From positions 42,862,708 to 42,926,707 of the forward strand of contig NC_068991.1 of the NCBI RefSeq assembly GCF_001194135.2: a DNA stretch of 64,000 bases. The letters run 5' to 3'. The notes beneath the pieces were generated by a model. That model had not been told where the DNA came from. It worked only from the letters and a program-made list of their open reading frames with translations, and did not search any database. The stretch is from Octopus bimaculoides (taxonomy: Eukaryota). The position numbers and the translations under genes were made by a program. Positions 1 to 12,156 of the stretch are shown piece by piece. Numbering within the stretch: the stretch's first letter is position 1; each line of letters begins with the position of its first letter.

Positions 1-13
1 ATATATACATACA

Positions 14-53
<40 letters not shown>

Positions 54-150
54 CATATATATACACACACATACATATATATACACATATATATATACAT
101 ATACATATATATATATACATACATATATATATATATATATACATACATAT
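1..150. repeat. (TA)n/(TACA)n compound microsatellite
   Basis: Direct reading of the sequence. Confidence 0.95.
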
Positions 151-803
151 AAGGTTAGAAAGGAAGGAGGCTAGTGTGCTCTGCTGGATGTAAATATACA
201 TGTTTTACAGAGTGCCAGTGTTCTGAGAGAGAAGTTAGGTACAAGAGGAATTGGTCACTGTGTGCAAGAGAGAAGACTGCACTGGTTTGGTCATGTGACA
301 CCAACAGCTCCATAAAGAAGTGCTGATCTCTCAAAGTGGATGGAACTTGTGGAAGTGGAAGACATGGGATGAAGTACTGAAGAACAACCTCAGGTCGCTG
401 AACCTTTCAGGTGAGATGACAAAGGACCAAGACCGAGATACTTGGTGCCTTGCCATACTCAAGAAGACCCATACTCTGCGGCAGAAGTGTTAAGATTGAT
501 CCTTCTGGTGGTGTAAAGAACTTGTGACAGTACCACACAAAAGCACCCGTATGGTAACATATAAAAGTGCCCATGTGGTGCCACATAAAAACACTTGTGC
601 AGCACCACATAAAAGTACCCATGCGGTGCCATGTAAAAGCACCCAGCACACTCTGTAAAGTGGTTGGCATTAGGAAGGGCATCCAGCCATAGAAACCATG
701 CCGATTCATACTGCAGTCTGGTGCAACTCTCCAGCTTGTTAGCTCTGGCCACAACCGTCCAACCCATGCCAGCACGGACAGCAAACATTAAATGCTGATG
801 ATG
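151..803 (+). mobile_element. Old, decayed RTE LINE (family 1): RT C-terminus plus 3' UTR and (GAT)n tail
   Basis: Similar to the younger copies at 24852-27020 and 28092-29523 (GTGCAAGAGAGAAGACTGCACTGG..., AGGAAGGGCATCCAGC, CCAACCCATGCCAGC...TTAAATGCTGATGATG). Contains ~24-bp tandem units GGTGCCACATAAAAGCACCC at ~505-650. Confidence 0.75.
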
Positions 804-1363
804 AGAGACTGTGTAGAGGCAGTACCTTTCATTGAGTGATGTGCAATATATAACCACTTCTCAGGCATTGAACCTCACACTCCTAAGTGATGAGTCATGT
901 TCAGGAAGAAATCTGAACTGCTGATTTAGTACCGAACATGTCCCAGCTAAAACCTTAACAATGAGAAACCTGTTCATACTGATCTGGGAAGATCTAGAAG
1001 AGCATACCTTGCAGAAAAATAGCCAAAGTCCCTAACGTCAGAATAAACGCATGAAGACTTATGATCTCAATAGCTCAACTGGCAGAAGGCTGTACCAGAC
1101 AAACTGGCTATGAAGGTACAGTTTAAGCAATACTTGGGAGTAACAGCAGTCCATGGCAGTTTCATTACCTGATCCTGCATGTCACACTTCAGATGTACCA
1201 CATAGAATGTCTTCAAGGCCACAATGTGTAGATTACTTCCTCAGATTCTACCCCAAATCAAGATCATACCTCCAGCATTTCTTCACTGATCTTTTCTCAC
1301 AGAACTACAATGAAGAAAGAAAAACTTGGAAATGAGAGGTACCAACAACAAAGGAATATATAT

Positions 1364-3381
1364 ATCATCATCATCATCGTTTAACGTCCGCTTTCCAACT
1401 TAGCATGGGTTAGACGATTTGACTGAGGACTGGTGAACCAGATGGCCACGCCAGGCTCCAATATGATGTGGCAGAGTTTCTACAGCTGGATGCCCTTCCT
1501 AACGCCAACCACTCTGAGAGTGTAGTGGGTGCTTTTACGTGCCACCGGCACGAAGGCCAGTCAGGAGGTACTGGCAATGGCCATGCTCAAAATGGTGTAT
1601 TTTATGTGCCACCTGCACAGGAGTCAGTCCAGTGGTACTGGCAACGAACTTGCTCGAATATCTTTTCACGTGCCACTGGCACATGTGCCAGGAAGGCGAC
1701 ATTAGTAACAGTCACACTCAAATGGTGCTATTTACATGCCAACGGCACGGAAGCCAGACAGCCTGTGCTCTAGCAACGATCACGCTCGGACGGTGCTCTT
1801 AGTGATTTACTGGTACAGGTGCCATCACGATTTCGCTTTTGCTTGCCCCAACAGGTCTTCGCAAGCCGAGTTTAGTGTTCAATGAAGAGACGTTGGCCTG
1901 GGGGCCAGTCGCCAAATTTAGTTCAATTTCGNNNNNNNNNNNNNNNNNNNNNNNNNNNNNNNNNNNNNNNNNNNNNNNNNNNNNNNNNNNNNNNNNNNNN
2001 NNNNNNNNNNNNNNNNNNNNNNNNNNNNNNNCTTGCCTCAACAGGTCTTCACAAGTAGAGTTGTGTCCAAAGAAGGAACATTACGCATAAGTGGGCTGGC
2101 TGCATCCCTGGCAGAGGCCTTGGATTTTGGTCTCACTTGGCTTGCCGGGTCTTCTCACGCACAGCATATTTCCAAAGGTCTCGGTCACAAGTCATAGTCA
2201 CGGTGAGGCCTAATGTTCAGAAGTCGTGCTTCACCACCTCATCCCAGGTCTTCCTGGGCCTGCCTCTTTCACGAGTTCCCTCAACCGCTAGGGTGTGGCA
2301 CTTTTTCACACACCTATCCTCATCCATTCTCGCCACATGTCCATACCAGTGCAATCATCTCTCTTGCACACCACAACTGATGCTTCTTAGGTTCAACTTT
2401 TCTCTCAAGATACTTACACTCCGTCGGGTATGCACACTGACATTACTCATCCATTGGAGCATACTGGCTTCATTCCTTGCGAGCTTACGCATATCCTCAG
2501 CAGTCACGGCCCATGTTTCACTGCCATGTAGCATGGCTGTTCGTACACATGCGTCATACAGTCTGCTTTTTACTCTGAGTGAGAGGCCCTTTGTCGCCAG
2601 CAGAGGTAGGAGCTCTCTGAACTTTGCCCAGGCTATTCTTATTGTAGCAGCTACACTTTCAACGCACCCTCCCCCACTATTAACTTGGTCATCCAGATAT
2701 CGGAAGCTATCAACTACGTCTAGTTTTTCTCCCTGGAATGTGACAGAAGTTGTTTTCTGGACATTTTCAGTGTTTATTGTACCTGAACATCTACGACATA
2801 CAAAAACTAACTTTCTAGTTAACCTTCCTTTGATATTGCTGCACCTCTTATGTGGAAATAGCTTGCACTGGGTACATCTTATAGAGTTTCTAACTACACC
2901 TTTTCTACAGATCGAGCAGGGCCATCTACCTGAAGGGGTTTGTGTTTTGTCTACCTTCCTACTTATTAGGACTTTGGTTTTAGCTAGGTTGACTCTAAGG
3001 CCCTTCGATTCTAGTCCCTGCTTCCACACCTGGAACTTCTCTAGTTCTGATAGTGACTCAGCAATTAGTGCAAGGTCAACAAAAGCCAGGTACAGAGGTT
3101 TATCCTTGGCTAGGTATTTCTCCTGCAGCTGTCTTACCAGAAATATAGCATCAGTGGTGCTTTTCCCTGGCACGAACCCAAACTGCATCTCATCTAAACT
3201 GACCTGCTCCCTGATCAGTTGGGCTATGACCCTCTCCGTGACTTTCATTACCTGATCTAACAACTTGATACCTCTGTAATTATTTGTATCTAAAGCGTCA
3301 CCTTTACCTTTGTAACAGTTGACTATGGTGCTGCTACACCAGTCATTGGGTATGACTCCTTCGTGTATCACCTGGTTAACA
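1364..3381 (-). mobile_element. RTE LINE family 1, copy A (5'-truncated, intact 3' tail)
   Basis: Minus-strand RT (NYRGIKLLDQVMKV, QFGFVPGKSTTDAIF, FRYL, HGSETW), a Cys-rich insert, the 3' UTR and a (GAT)n tail read as (ATC)n at 1364-1378. Both ends abut TA-rich arrays. Spans the N gap at 1932-2031. Confidence 0.92.
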
Positions 3382-3404
3382 TATACATATATATATATAC
3401 ACAC
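2355..3404 (-). pseudogene. RTE reverse transcriptase ORF remnant (349 codons) lacking the catalytic core
   Basis: The ORF reads ...LAFVDL|ALIAESL...; the EKAFDRV...QGSVLSP...YAD block present in copies C and D is missing. The N-terminal MCIYIYVY is translated microsatellite. Confidence 0.88.
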
Positions 3405-3409
3405 ATATT

Positions 3410-3690
3410 AGTGACAGAGACAATATTAATATCGAGAGGTAATATTTATCCCTACTTAGCGATATAAACATGAAGGCATTTTGTGCCAAAAGCCAATGTG
3501 AGAATTTCTCAAACTACTGCAGTACACTATTCTATATTTTTGAGATGAGGAATTATGTACATTATTTACAATGGACGGATAGGTATCCTCATCTTGTTTG
3601 TTATCACAGTGTTTCGGCTGATGTACTCTCTAAGCTTTCATCATGTGTTCTGGTGGAATTTTGAACCTAACCCTTTATTTGACTAATAGT
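3410..3690 (-). mobile_element. Probable Penelope-like element terminal fragment with a degenerate minimal hammerhead motif
   Basis: Minus strand 3649-3603 reads AACAC-ATGATGA-AAGCT...AGCC-GAAAC-ACT-GTGAT, the layout of minimal type I hammerheads in Penelope pLTRs, with core substitutions. Confidence 0.42.
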
Positions 3691-6035
3691 AGGGGGGCTC
3701 CGAAAGGGGTCTCAGGGAGTAGCGTCCCTGCCTTCCTGAGCTAGTTTTCTACCATATTTCTTAAAAATCACGGTAGAGGTCTCGGGACCATTCATGTCTA
3801 GAAACTGAGGTTGGGGGTAAGCAAGGGCATGCTACCCATAGAAAATCCAGGCCCCAAAAAAGCCTCATGATAGTAAAGGAGAATGGGTACCAGCCAGCCC
3901 AAAGGCTGTGGTGGGCTGCACCTGCCTACCTCAGAAAGGAAGGTGCAAACCCTCATCCTGGGTTNNNNNNNNNNNNNNNNNNNNNNNNNNNNNNNNNNNN
4001 NNNNNNNNNNNNNNNNNNNNNNNNNNNNNNNNNNNNNNNNNNNNNNNNAAGTTGGAATGTGGGCAGTCTGCATGGAAGGGGAACTGAGGTGTGTGAGGAA
4101 TTGAGGAAGAGGAGGGTGGATGTGTGCAGGAGGCTAGGTGGAAGGACCAGAGTGCAAGTGGGGGGGGGGGTCAAGGGAAGAAGGTAAAAGTTGTGGTGGT
4201 CGGGAAACAGCAAGAGGACAGGAGGTGTGGTGAAGGAAGAAATCTGTGAGAAGGTGGTGGAGGTCAGGAGAAAGAGTGACAGAGTGATGACAGTAGTGTT
4301 AGCATTTGAGGAAGAAGTGGTGAGAGTGATTTGTGGGTAGGGTCCACAAAGTGGAAGCAGGATCACTGAGAAAGAGCAGTCCTTTGATGAAATGACGAAT
4401 GAGTGGGACTTACATAAGGTAGATGAATTGGTTTTGGGCATGGGTGATTTTAATGGACATATTGGGAAATGGGTCCAGGGCTTTGAGGGTGTGCATAAGG
4501 GAAATGGAATTGGGGAGAGAAATGTGGAAGGATGCTGCTGGAGTTTTGTGATGAGAAAGAGTTGTGTGTGGTGAACATGTGGTTTAGGAAAATAGAGAAA
4601 AGGAAGGTGACTTTCAGTACAGGGAGGGAATGAGACAGATTGATTTCATATTGGTTGGCAGGAAAAACAGAAAGTATCGGAGGGATGTGAAGACAATACC
4701 AGGGGAGTTGCAGCACAAGCTGGTGGTTGATGACTTGGATAAGAGGAAAGTTAAAAAGTGTGTGAGAAAGGAAACGGTTGAGAGGAGAAAGGTGTGGAAA
4801 CTGAAGGAAGAAGAAACAAGAGCAAGGTTTGAGGAGAGAGTTGAGAAGTTGGTAAGCATTGATGCACCAGATTTGTGAAAGTCTTTTAAAGGGGTACCAA
4901 AGGCATGTGACAAACTGGGTAGAAGGACAAAAGGTAAGAGAGATTGAGGAGATATGTGGTGGTGGAACGAGGAGGTGAGGGATGTGATAGTGAGGAAGAA
5001 GGAGGCGCACAAAGCTTTATTCAATAATAGGACTGAGCAAATGAAAGCCAGGTATAATAATATGAAGAATTGTGCAAAGAAGGTGGTTGCAAGATCTATG
5101 GTTGATGTGGTGACGGAGAGTGGAAGAGAGGGATTAATAATGGAGATACTGTATGCGGATGGCCTTGTTCTGATGAGTGAGACAATGGAGGGATCGAGGG
5201 AGAAGTTTTGGAAATGGAAGGAGGCATCTGAAAACAAGGGTTTGAAGGTAAACCTCGAGAAGACAAAGGTGATGGTGAGCGGGTTGGAAGGAGAAGTGTT
5301 AGTGAATAAGGTGGATCCATGTGGTGTATGTGGGAGGAGGGTAATGGCACATGTGGTGTTGTGTACCAGATGTGAGAAATGGATTCATGGCAGATGTACG
5401 AAAATGAAGGTGACCCCCAAGACTGGAAAGAAAGTTTATTTGTGGAAGATGTGAGAAAGGAGCTGGAAGGCTGGCAGAACCAGTGGAAACACTATATGAT
5501 GAGGTGGAAATGGGTTTTGCTATTTGGGAGATAGGGTGGCTGTAAGAGAGAGACTTGGCTAGGTGAAATTCAGGGAATGTGGAGTGTTGTTATACGAGAA
5601 AAGGTTCTCATTGATGATGAAAAGAAGGGTCTATAAGAGTTAAGTGAGAGCTACAATGCTGTATGAGAGTGAGACATGGTGTCTGAGGGGGAGTGAGATG
5701 GCAATTTTGAGAAGGACCAAGAGAGCAATAGTGAGAGAGATGTGTGGTGTGAAGCTGTTTGATAAGAGGAGGACTGAGGACTTGATGGGGGTGCTGGGGT
5801 TGGAGGAATCAGTGGAATGGCTGGCAAGGGTGAATGGAGTGCAGTGGTATGGGCATGTGTTGAGGAGGGATGAGGAGCATGTTCTGAGGAGGGTGCTTGA
5901 GTTTGAGGTAAATGGACGGTGAAAGTGAGGTAGACCAAGGAAAATGTAGAGGGGACAGGTGGAGGAGGAGATTGAGAGGGTTAGCTTGAGAAGGGAGGTT
6001 GTCCAAAACTAGGCAAGATGGCGAGATTTAAAACA

Positions 6036-6072
<37 letters not shown>
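3690..6072 (+). mobile_element. RTE LINE family 2, near full span but decayed and internally deleted
   Basis: APE endonuclease motifs (SWNVGSL, VLGMGDFNGHIG, RQIDFILV), linker WWWNEEV, RT end (ILYADGLVL, GLKVNLEKTKVM, MLYESETWC, WYGHVLRRDEEHVLRRVLEFEVNG) and a (GAT)n tail at 6039-6072. Multiple stops and frameshifts. Confidence 0.88.
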
Positions 6073-6073
<1 letters not shown>

Positions 6074-6849
6074 CGATGGGGTATATTGTTCTCATTTCTA
6101 AGATATGTTGCTGATGTACCGCAGTATAGTTAGTTCCAAAAGAACATTCCTGTTTAAGTAGATATATATATATATGTAAAGTTTCTTAAATGGTTTAGTC
6201 ATGACGGAAGGACCACTCATGATCTTTACAGACCATCCAAGATTGGTGAGATTGATGCAATTTTTATCATCATGAACACCTTGCAAGAAAAACTTTGTAA
6301 CTGGTCTACATATAACAACCTACATTAAAACGATTTCAAATCCACTACAAAGATAAGTACTCAGTTTTAATGTCATACATTCAACTGTATAAATACTTTC
6401 TTCATTAGAAAATAAATTTTTAAAATATGCTTCAAAATGAAAAATTGTGAAACTCAGTATTTATTGAGAATTCAGAATTTTCAAGTGGCAAGCTGGTGGG
6501 AAAAACAAAGGAATAATCTGTTGGACACCAGTTGGCAAGATATAGAGTTGGATCTGAAAAGCATCTTTTGTGGCACTGACAATTAATTTGAAAATCATCT
6601 GAAGTAGAAGAACAGCTAATTAGACTTAGTAGCAGATAACTTGGTTTTATTTTGATTCATATCAATGACAGTAGTTTTACACATACTGGTGATTGCACAC
6701 TTGTACTCAGTATTATAAAGGTAGTAATATTCTAACCATTCAAATATTGTAAACAATACAACCTCGAGTTTGAAATTTCTCTTCAATAAAGATCAACTGA
6801 ATATACTAAGGTTTGGAATACAAAGTTTTATTAGAGAGAGGAAGAGGGA

Positions 6850-7420
6850 ATGGATTAATTAAGTTTATGCCAATGTCCATCTTGTTTTTGAGCAGGAGTT
6901 TCTTAAGAATACTTGAACATCTTCCCAAGCTTGAGTATTTTAGAGAGAAGGATGTTTAATTGTTAGGTTAAAGTATAAAGTAAAGTGTGATGGTTTCATC
7001 CATATAAAAATCAGTATATATTAGGAACTAATGATTAACAACACATTCTAAATAGTTATTCTTCTTTTGCTTGTAGAGGGCCCATTTTGCTAGATATGCA
7101 CTTTTTACAACAAAATAGCTTTTAAAGTCTGAAGCTAAGAGTAACAAATGTAAAGAAACAATAAATGAATTTAGATCAGATACACAAAATGTCATGACAA
7201 GTATGCTTAAAAATATCAAAACAAAAATTACAAATACTGCCAGAGTGCAACTGTCCTAAGAGCAGGATCACAGTTTGTGAAAACTAGACTACAGTTAAAG
7301 AAATGGATTCATTTTATGCATTGCTGCAACAAGAATAGCAAACCAGCAAGTAGAGCTTTTGAAAAAGGCAGTTGAATTCAATAATTACTTTTGTGAATAT
7401 GTAGATACACAGTCAGTCTC
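6850..7420 (+). pseudogene. Possible highly decayed hAT transposase fragment
   Basis: Broken frames give LSRSFLRILEHLPKLEYF and INEFRSDTQNVMTSMLKNIK, which by eye resemble hAT TRW..L.RILEQW..L..YF and downstream helical regions. No TIRs found. Confidence 0.35.
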
Positions 7421-7725
7421 CTGGAGCACTACAATATCTTGTGATGTAGGGCCTCAGTATTTTAACTGACTTTGATTCCATGAAATACCTTGGGCTGTGC
7501 CTCAGGTTGACTAACACCTAGTAGGTGAAATTTAGTAGATATAAACTGTATGCATATATATTAGAATGGAAAGTGTTGTTGCATTATTGACATGATCACT
7601 TTGAAAGCACTTTTTCAATACTTATATAAAATAAGCATGAATTATTGCATTTTAATGCTTTTTCTTTCTTTGTAGATTAATTTATACCATAGTGGTTAAA
7701 TTCATATCAAGTTTGTGCTTTTAAT

Positions 7726-7880
7726 ATGAGTTTAGATCAGACCCACATCAGACACTGCATGTTGCATGAATGAAAGAGAGCTTTTCCACTATGGAAGTAC
7801 TGAGATATTCATTGTCAGTGGAAATGAAACTTTAAGTGTAAGGACATACCAACAATGGTTTGGCCAGATTTGCTCGGAAA
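7726..7880 (+). pseudogene. Mariner transposase N-terminal (HTH) remnant
   Basis: MSLDQTHIRHCMLHE, then after a frameshift ETLSVRTYQQWFGQICSENF, matching mariner HIRHCMLYEF...ALSVRTCQRWF.RFRSGNF. Confidence 0.62.
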
Positions 7881-7942
7881 ATTTTTTTTCACAGATTCCC
7901 CTTGATCTGAATAACTGAGTTCAGTCACTATTGAGCTTCTGA

Positions 7943-8136
7943 TTAGCATGCTGGGCGAAATGCCTAGTGGTATTTCATCTGTCTTTACATTCTGAGTTCA
8001 AATTCTACCAAGGTCGACTTTGCCTTTCATCCTTTTGGGATCGATAAAATTAAGTATCAGTTGCGTACTGAGGTCGATCTAATTGACTGGCCCCCACCCC
8101 AAAAATTTCAGGCCTTGTGCCTAGAGTAGAAAAGAA
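7943..8136 (+). mobile_element. SINE type 1 (GTCGACTTTGCCTTTCATCC core), 5'-truncated, with 14-bp TSD
   Basis: TATTGAGCTTCTGA is duplicated at 7929-7942 and 8137-8150. The same core recurs at ~37120, ~39290, ~39490, ~58665 and ~60425. Confidence 0.85.
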
Positions 8137-9769
8137 TATTGAGCTTCTGAAAACAGCAGTTGAAGTACTGGCCAAGTGGGTTATAGAGGCTGAGGGAAGG
8201 AAATATAACATTTATATTGCAATTGATTAACTGGCATCAGAAAATGTCTCAAATTGTAAAACATTTTGTCCAATAAAGCGGTGCTCCAGCATGGCTGCAG
8301 TCAAATGACTGAAACAAATAAAAGAATAAATATTTAAAAAATACAGAAGTTTTATAAAAAAAACTAATGGAAACAGTGGAAGAATAAAATCTCTGAGAAT
8401 GGTACCTGATGGTGGTTTTGAGTATGTTAGGTTTAACTGATTTAAGATATTCATTTCTATTAGCTATTTGTGTCCTGACTGTTTTTGTCTACGTAATTTT
8501 TTTGAATGCTAATTTTAAGACAACTGTTCTTTTATGGAAGATCTCAGTGAGATTCTGAAAATATCTCCAGTTGAATGGGATGGTTAGTTTCCAAACTGGA
8601 GAAGTTCAAGAGGATAGCCTTTGAACTTTTACCTTATTTGTCTTGGAATAAGTGTTTACTCTGCAGTTCTCAGCTGCTACTCTATTTGAACCTGTAACAC
8701 AAAGTGCAGATCCAATTTGAATTCAGATCAATATGTCCAGCAACGACTGCGCTGGTGGTCACCGTAGGATCAGCCTTGAAAACCTAGTCACATCTTCAGT
8801 TGTTCACTACAGCAATGCCATTGAAAAACATGTAAAGTCAGATTAATAGAAACAAGAATGAAAGTTTCTAGAAATACAAGACAGAATGAAAAAAGAATGT
8901 AGCAACATCATGAAAAAAGCCAAAAGATTACAAAATTGGTGAGGAAAATACGTAATTAATACTGGTAATATGGATCTAAGGACACACATGAAGATGAAAC
9001 ATGGACCACTACACTTCAAGAATACAGGACTCAAAATAAGAATATCTCAAGAAAAATAGTTCAATATAGTCATGATGTGGACACTAACAAGCTCACCTCA
9101 GTATGATACTCAGTGAAGTCCAGTACCCATGGATAAAATTAAATGTGCAATCATCAAGCTTAAAAACAACAAACACCTTTTAAGATGACAGTGTAGTTTG
9201 AATGAGAGTTGGCTGCTAAAGCAAGTAGAAACCTCCTTGTAGTTACAGTGAGTAGGGAGTCAAATACTTGGATTACAGTGATGATCCACAGCACAGTCCT
9301 CAGTTTAGCAGAGGCTTGTTATATCTGGATCAATGGCCCTATGAGTGGCACCACTTCATGCAATGATTACCTATGTGCTGCTTGATTAGGGTTGAGCAAC
9401 AAATCACCTACAGGTAACCTGTTTTTTAAATACACTTGATTCACCTGTAACATGGTTTCACTATGTAATTTTGACAATGAGAGGCACCATAAGTCTTCCA
9501 CAAGCCTAGAATAGTTCAGTTTTACTTCCTCCAAGGAAAGTAATTCAACTGCAACAATTACCAAGGTAATTATTGTCATGAAGGTTTTACCATTTTTATC
9601 CCTAAAATTTCCAATGCCATTATGAAAGACAACTAAATATAGAAAATGAATGGGAGAAAGAGAGTCATCTGAATGTGAAACCAGCAGAGGGTTCAGCCAT
9701 TCTTTGGGCAGCAGTGTGATAAACAAAACAATTAAGAACATGAAAACATGGAAAGACTTGGGTCAAAAA

Positions 9770-11115
9770 TTACTGTTGAGATGCTTAAAATATCTAGCAT
9801 AGTGGTATACATCCTAGTCACCCATGTAGTTAATCTGGTTGTGCAGGAAGGTATGATAACCATCAACAGGTGCAGCATAGTCAACTGTTACAAAGGTAAA
9901 GGTGATGCCATAGTGAGAATTACAGAGATACCAAATTAGTGGAACAGGTCAGAAAGTCACTGAAAGAGACATAGCTCTGAAGAAAGTAATCCTAGATGAG
10001 ATGCAGTTTGATCTTGAGCTGGGGAGAAGTACTAGTGATGCTAAATTCATCATTGTACTTATTGTTAACTCTCAACTTACTAACAGCATCCCTGTACATG
10101 ACCTGAATGGCTCCCGCCAGCCAGTCATCTTCTCCTAGTTTCCATAGCAACCACCTTTTCCAGGTCAATGAATGCCAAGTGCTGTGGTTTACTTTTAGTT
10201 AAATACTTCTGCAGTTGCTGTACTAAAATCAGGCATGAGACATCAGATGTGTGCAAGAGAGAAGACTGTGCTGGTATGCTGCAATATGATGCAGATGGAT
10301 GAGGATAGCTGTATAAAAAAATAGCCAATTGCTAAAAATGGACGAAGTCTGTGGAAGAGGGACACCCAGGAAGATGTAGGATGAAGTAGTGAAGGCCGAC
10401 ATCAAAATGTTGAGCCTCTGGAGGAGATGACAAAGTACCAAGATGAATGGTGATATGCTATGCTTGAAAAGACCTGTCCATTTCAGCAAAGATAAGGTCC
10501 TATCAAGCCCTTCCCACAAGCTCATCTTCTAACACCCATTTCTCCATCAATCCTCTAACTGCAGTGCTACTCACTCAGGTGCTGTACATAATACTGCTTA
10601 CCCTCCACATTACATTGTATCTCTGTTACTGACCTTTATCACTCCTCCCTGACCCACTCTTATATCCAACACCTCTCCTCCCCCAAACTGATATTCATTG
10701 TGTCCATGTCAACCCCTTAATCTCTAATCCCCTGTCACATGCTTTTCACTATCTAGCGCACTTACCTGCTCACCCACCTTTTCTGTTCCTCTATCCCTAT
10801 TTTCTCTTTCATATTTACCTTGCACCTTCAAAGTATGCTTTCGCCTTCTCTCTCTCTCTTTTCAGCTGGGGAAGACACCTGTTCCTCTCTCATACTTTCA
10901 CAGCCTTCATTACTATGCCCCGCTCAGTTGAGGGGGTCTTGTCTTGCAAATATTTGGTGACTTCACTAGTGTTGGTACCACGGAAAAAGCACCCAGTACA
11001 CTGAAAAGTAGTTGGCGTTAGAAAGGACATCAAGCTGTAGAAATCATGCCAAAGTAGCCGTTCGGGTCATCGGTTCCTGTTGAACCATCCAACCCATGGA
11101 CGTTAAATGATGATG
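9770..11115 (+). mobile_element. Old RTE family-1 copy with internal deletions and a pyrimidine-rich 3' UTR
   Basis: ITVEMLKISS...IVNCYKGKGDA at 9770-9930, an RT-end remnant at 10240-10470, a C/T-rich tract at 10530-10900, and the tail CCAACCCATGGACGTTAAATGATGATG at ~11090-11115. Confidence 0.72.
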
Positions 11116-12084
11116 AGTGTAATAGTCTTCCAAACAGGGATAGTGTTTCTAGATAAAAGTTTCCAAAAACAGTTTTCCTTAAATAGAGAGAACACCAAAG
11201 TGGCAGTACTCTCAGTAGCTGTTCCTATACTAAGGGATATATTCCCATTATGAAATTGTTTTCCCACACCTCTAAGCTAATTTTGATTCAATATTCTAAG
11301 ATAAGACATTCAAAAGGCAATACTGGTAACAATTACATTGATGAGATAAATTCTCCACAATTATAATCAACACTTTATGTTTCATGAACACAGATTAACT
11401 TAACATTTCAAATAAATTGGTGGAATGACTACAATCACACGTCATAATGCACGTGCGTATACATCAAGAAGTTTAATGAAATCTCAAGGTAATTATATGT
11501 ATATCATATGTAGATTAAATACGAATCTCAATGAATTCATATTATGTATATTAAACAATATATAATGTATATTAAACACAAAACTTCATCAATTCATGTT
11601 GGTCTTCAGTTGTCGCATTTCTTCATGTACTGGATGAAAAAGTTAGGATTGAACTGTCGTATCTCTATTTCTAATTCAGTATTCCAATATTTTTATATGC
11701 ACTATACTTAAGATTTTTAAAAGAAAACCCAACAAAACTGAGGTTTATAGTCCAAATAAAAGTACACTACATTAGTGATATAGGTATTTTACTCATCTCA
11801 AAAACAGGCATAGGAATTATATTTTGAGAAGTTTGTTTCTGCAGACAATATAGTACAGTACCCCAGAACCCAAGTTATAGCTAGTTACAGAGATGAAATT
11901 GATTTTTCTTTTGTTACCAAAGGAATTTCAGTGAATTTTCATATACATTGGAAAACAATTCCGATCTCATACAAACAGATGGTTTCATGCAAACATGGAC
12001 AGCAAAGAAAGCATAATTACAGCTGGTTGATATAACAACAATGTAGCAGGCGTTATATAACAATTTCTTTTTCGTGAAACTTAC

Positions 12085-12156
12085 TTTCATAGGATCAGCT
12101 AAATATATTCGTTCCACTGCTTTGGCAAATTCGTCCCAATTAGATATATACGTCAT
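12085..12156 (-). CDS. SRP9: Signal recognition particle 9 kDa protein, first coding exon
   Basis: ATG...AAA|GTAAGT encodes MTYISNWDEFAKAVERIYLADPMK, matching the SRP9 N-terminus (human [24 protein letters not shown]). The 72-nt exon ends after DPMK, as in vertebrate SRP9. Downstream exons were not found in the window. Confidence 0.93.

Noticed and set aside
505-650. Regular ~24-bp repeats resembling a CRISPR array
   Set aside because: Tandem degenerate units without unique spacers, inside a retroelement 3' UTR in a eukaryotic genome.
2137-3255. 372-aa plus-strand ORF
   Set aside because: Antisense shadow frame of the RTE RT on the minus strand. The same applies to 4614-5237, 4450-5010, 3953-4441 and 24709-25119.
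3690-3800. Possible HDV-like ribozyme at the 5' end of RTE family 2
   Set aside because: Hairpins exist (CTCAGG/CCTGAG, TCTACC/GGTAGA), but I could not fit the P1/P2/P3/P1.1 nested pseudoknot by eye.
11914-12084. C-terminal 56 residues of the 80-aa SRP9-containing ORF
   Set aside because: Read-through into intron 1; similarity to SRP9 stops exactly at the GTAAGT donor.
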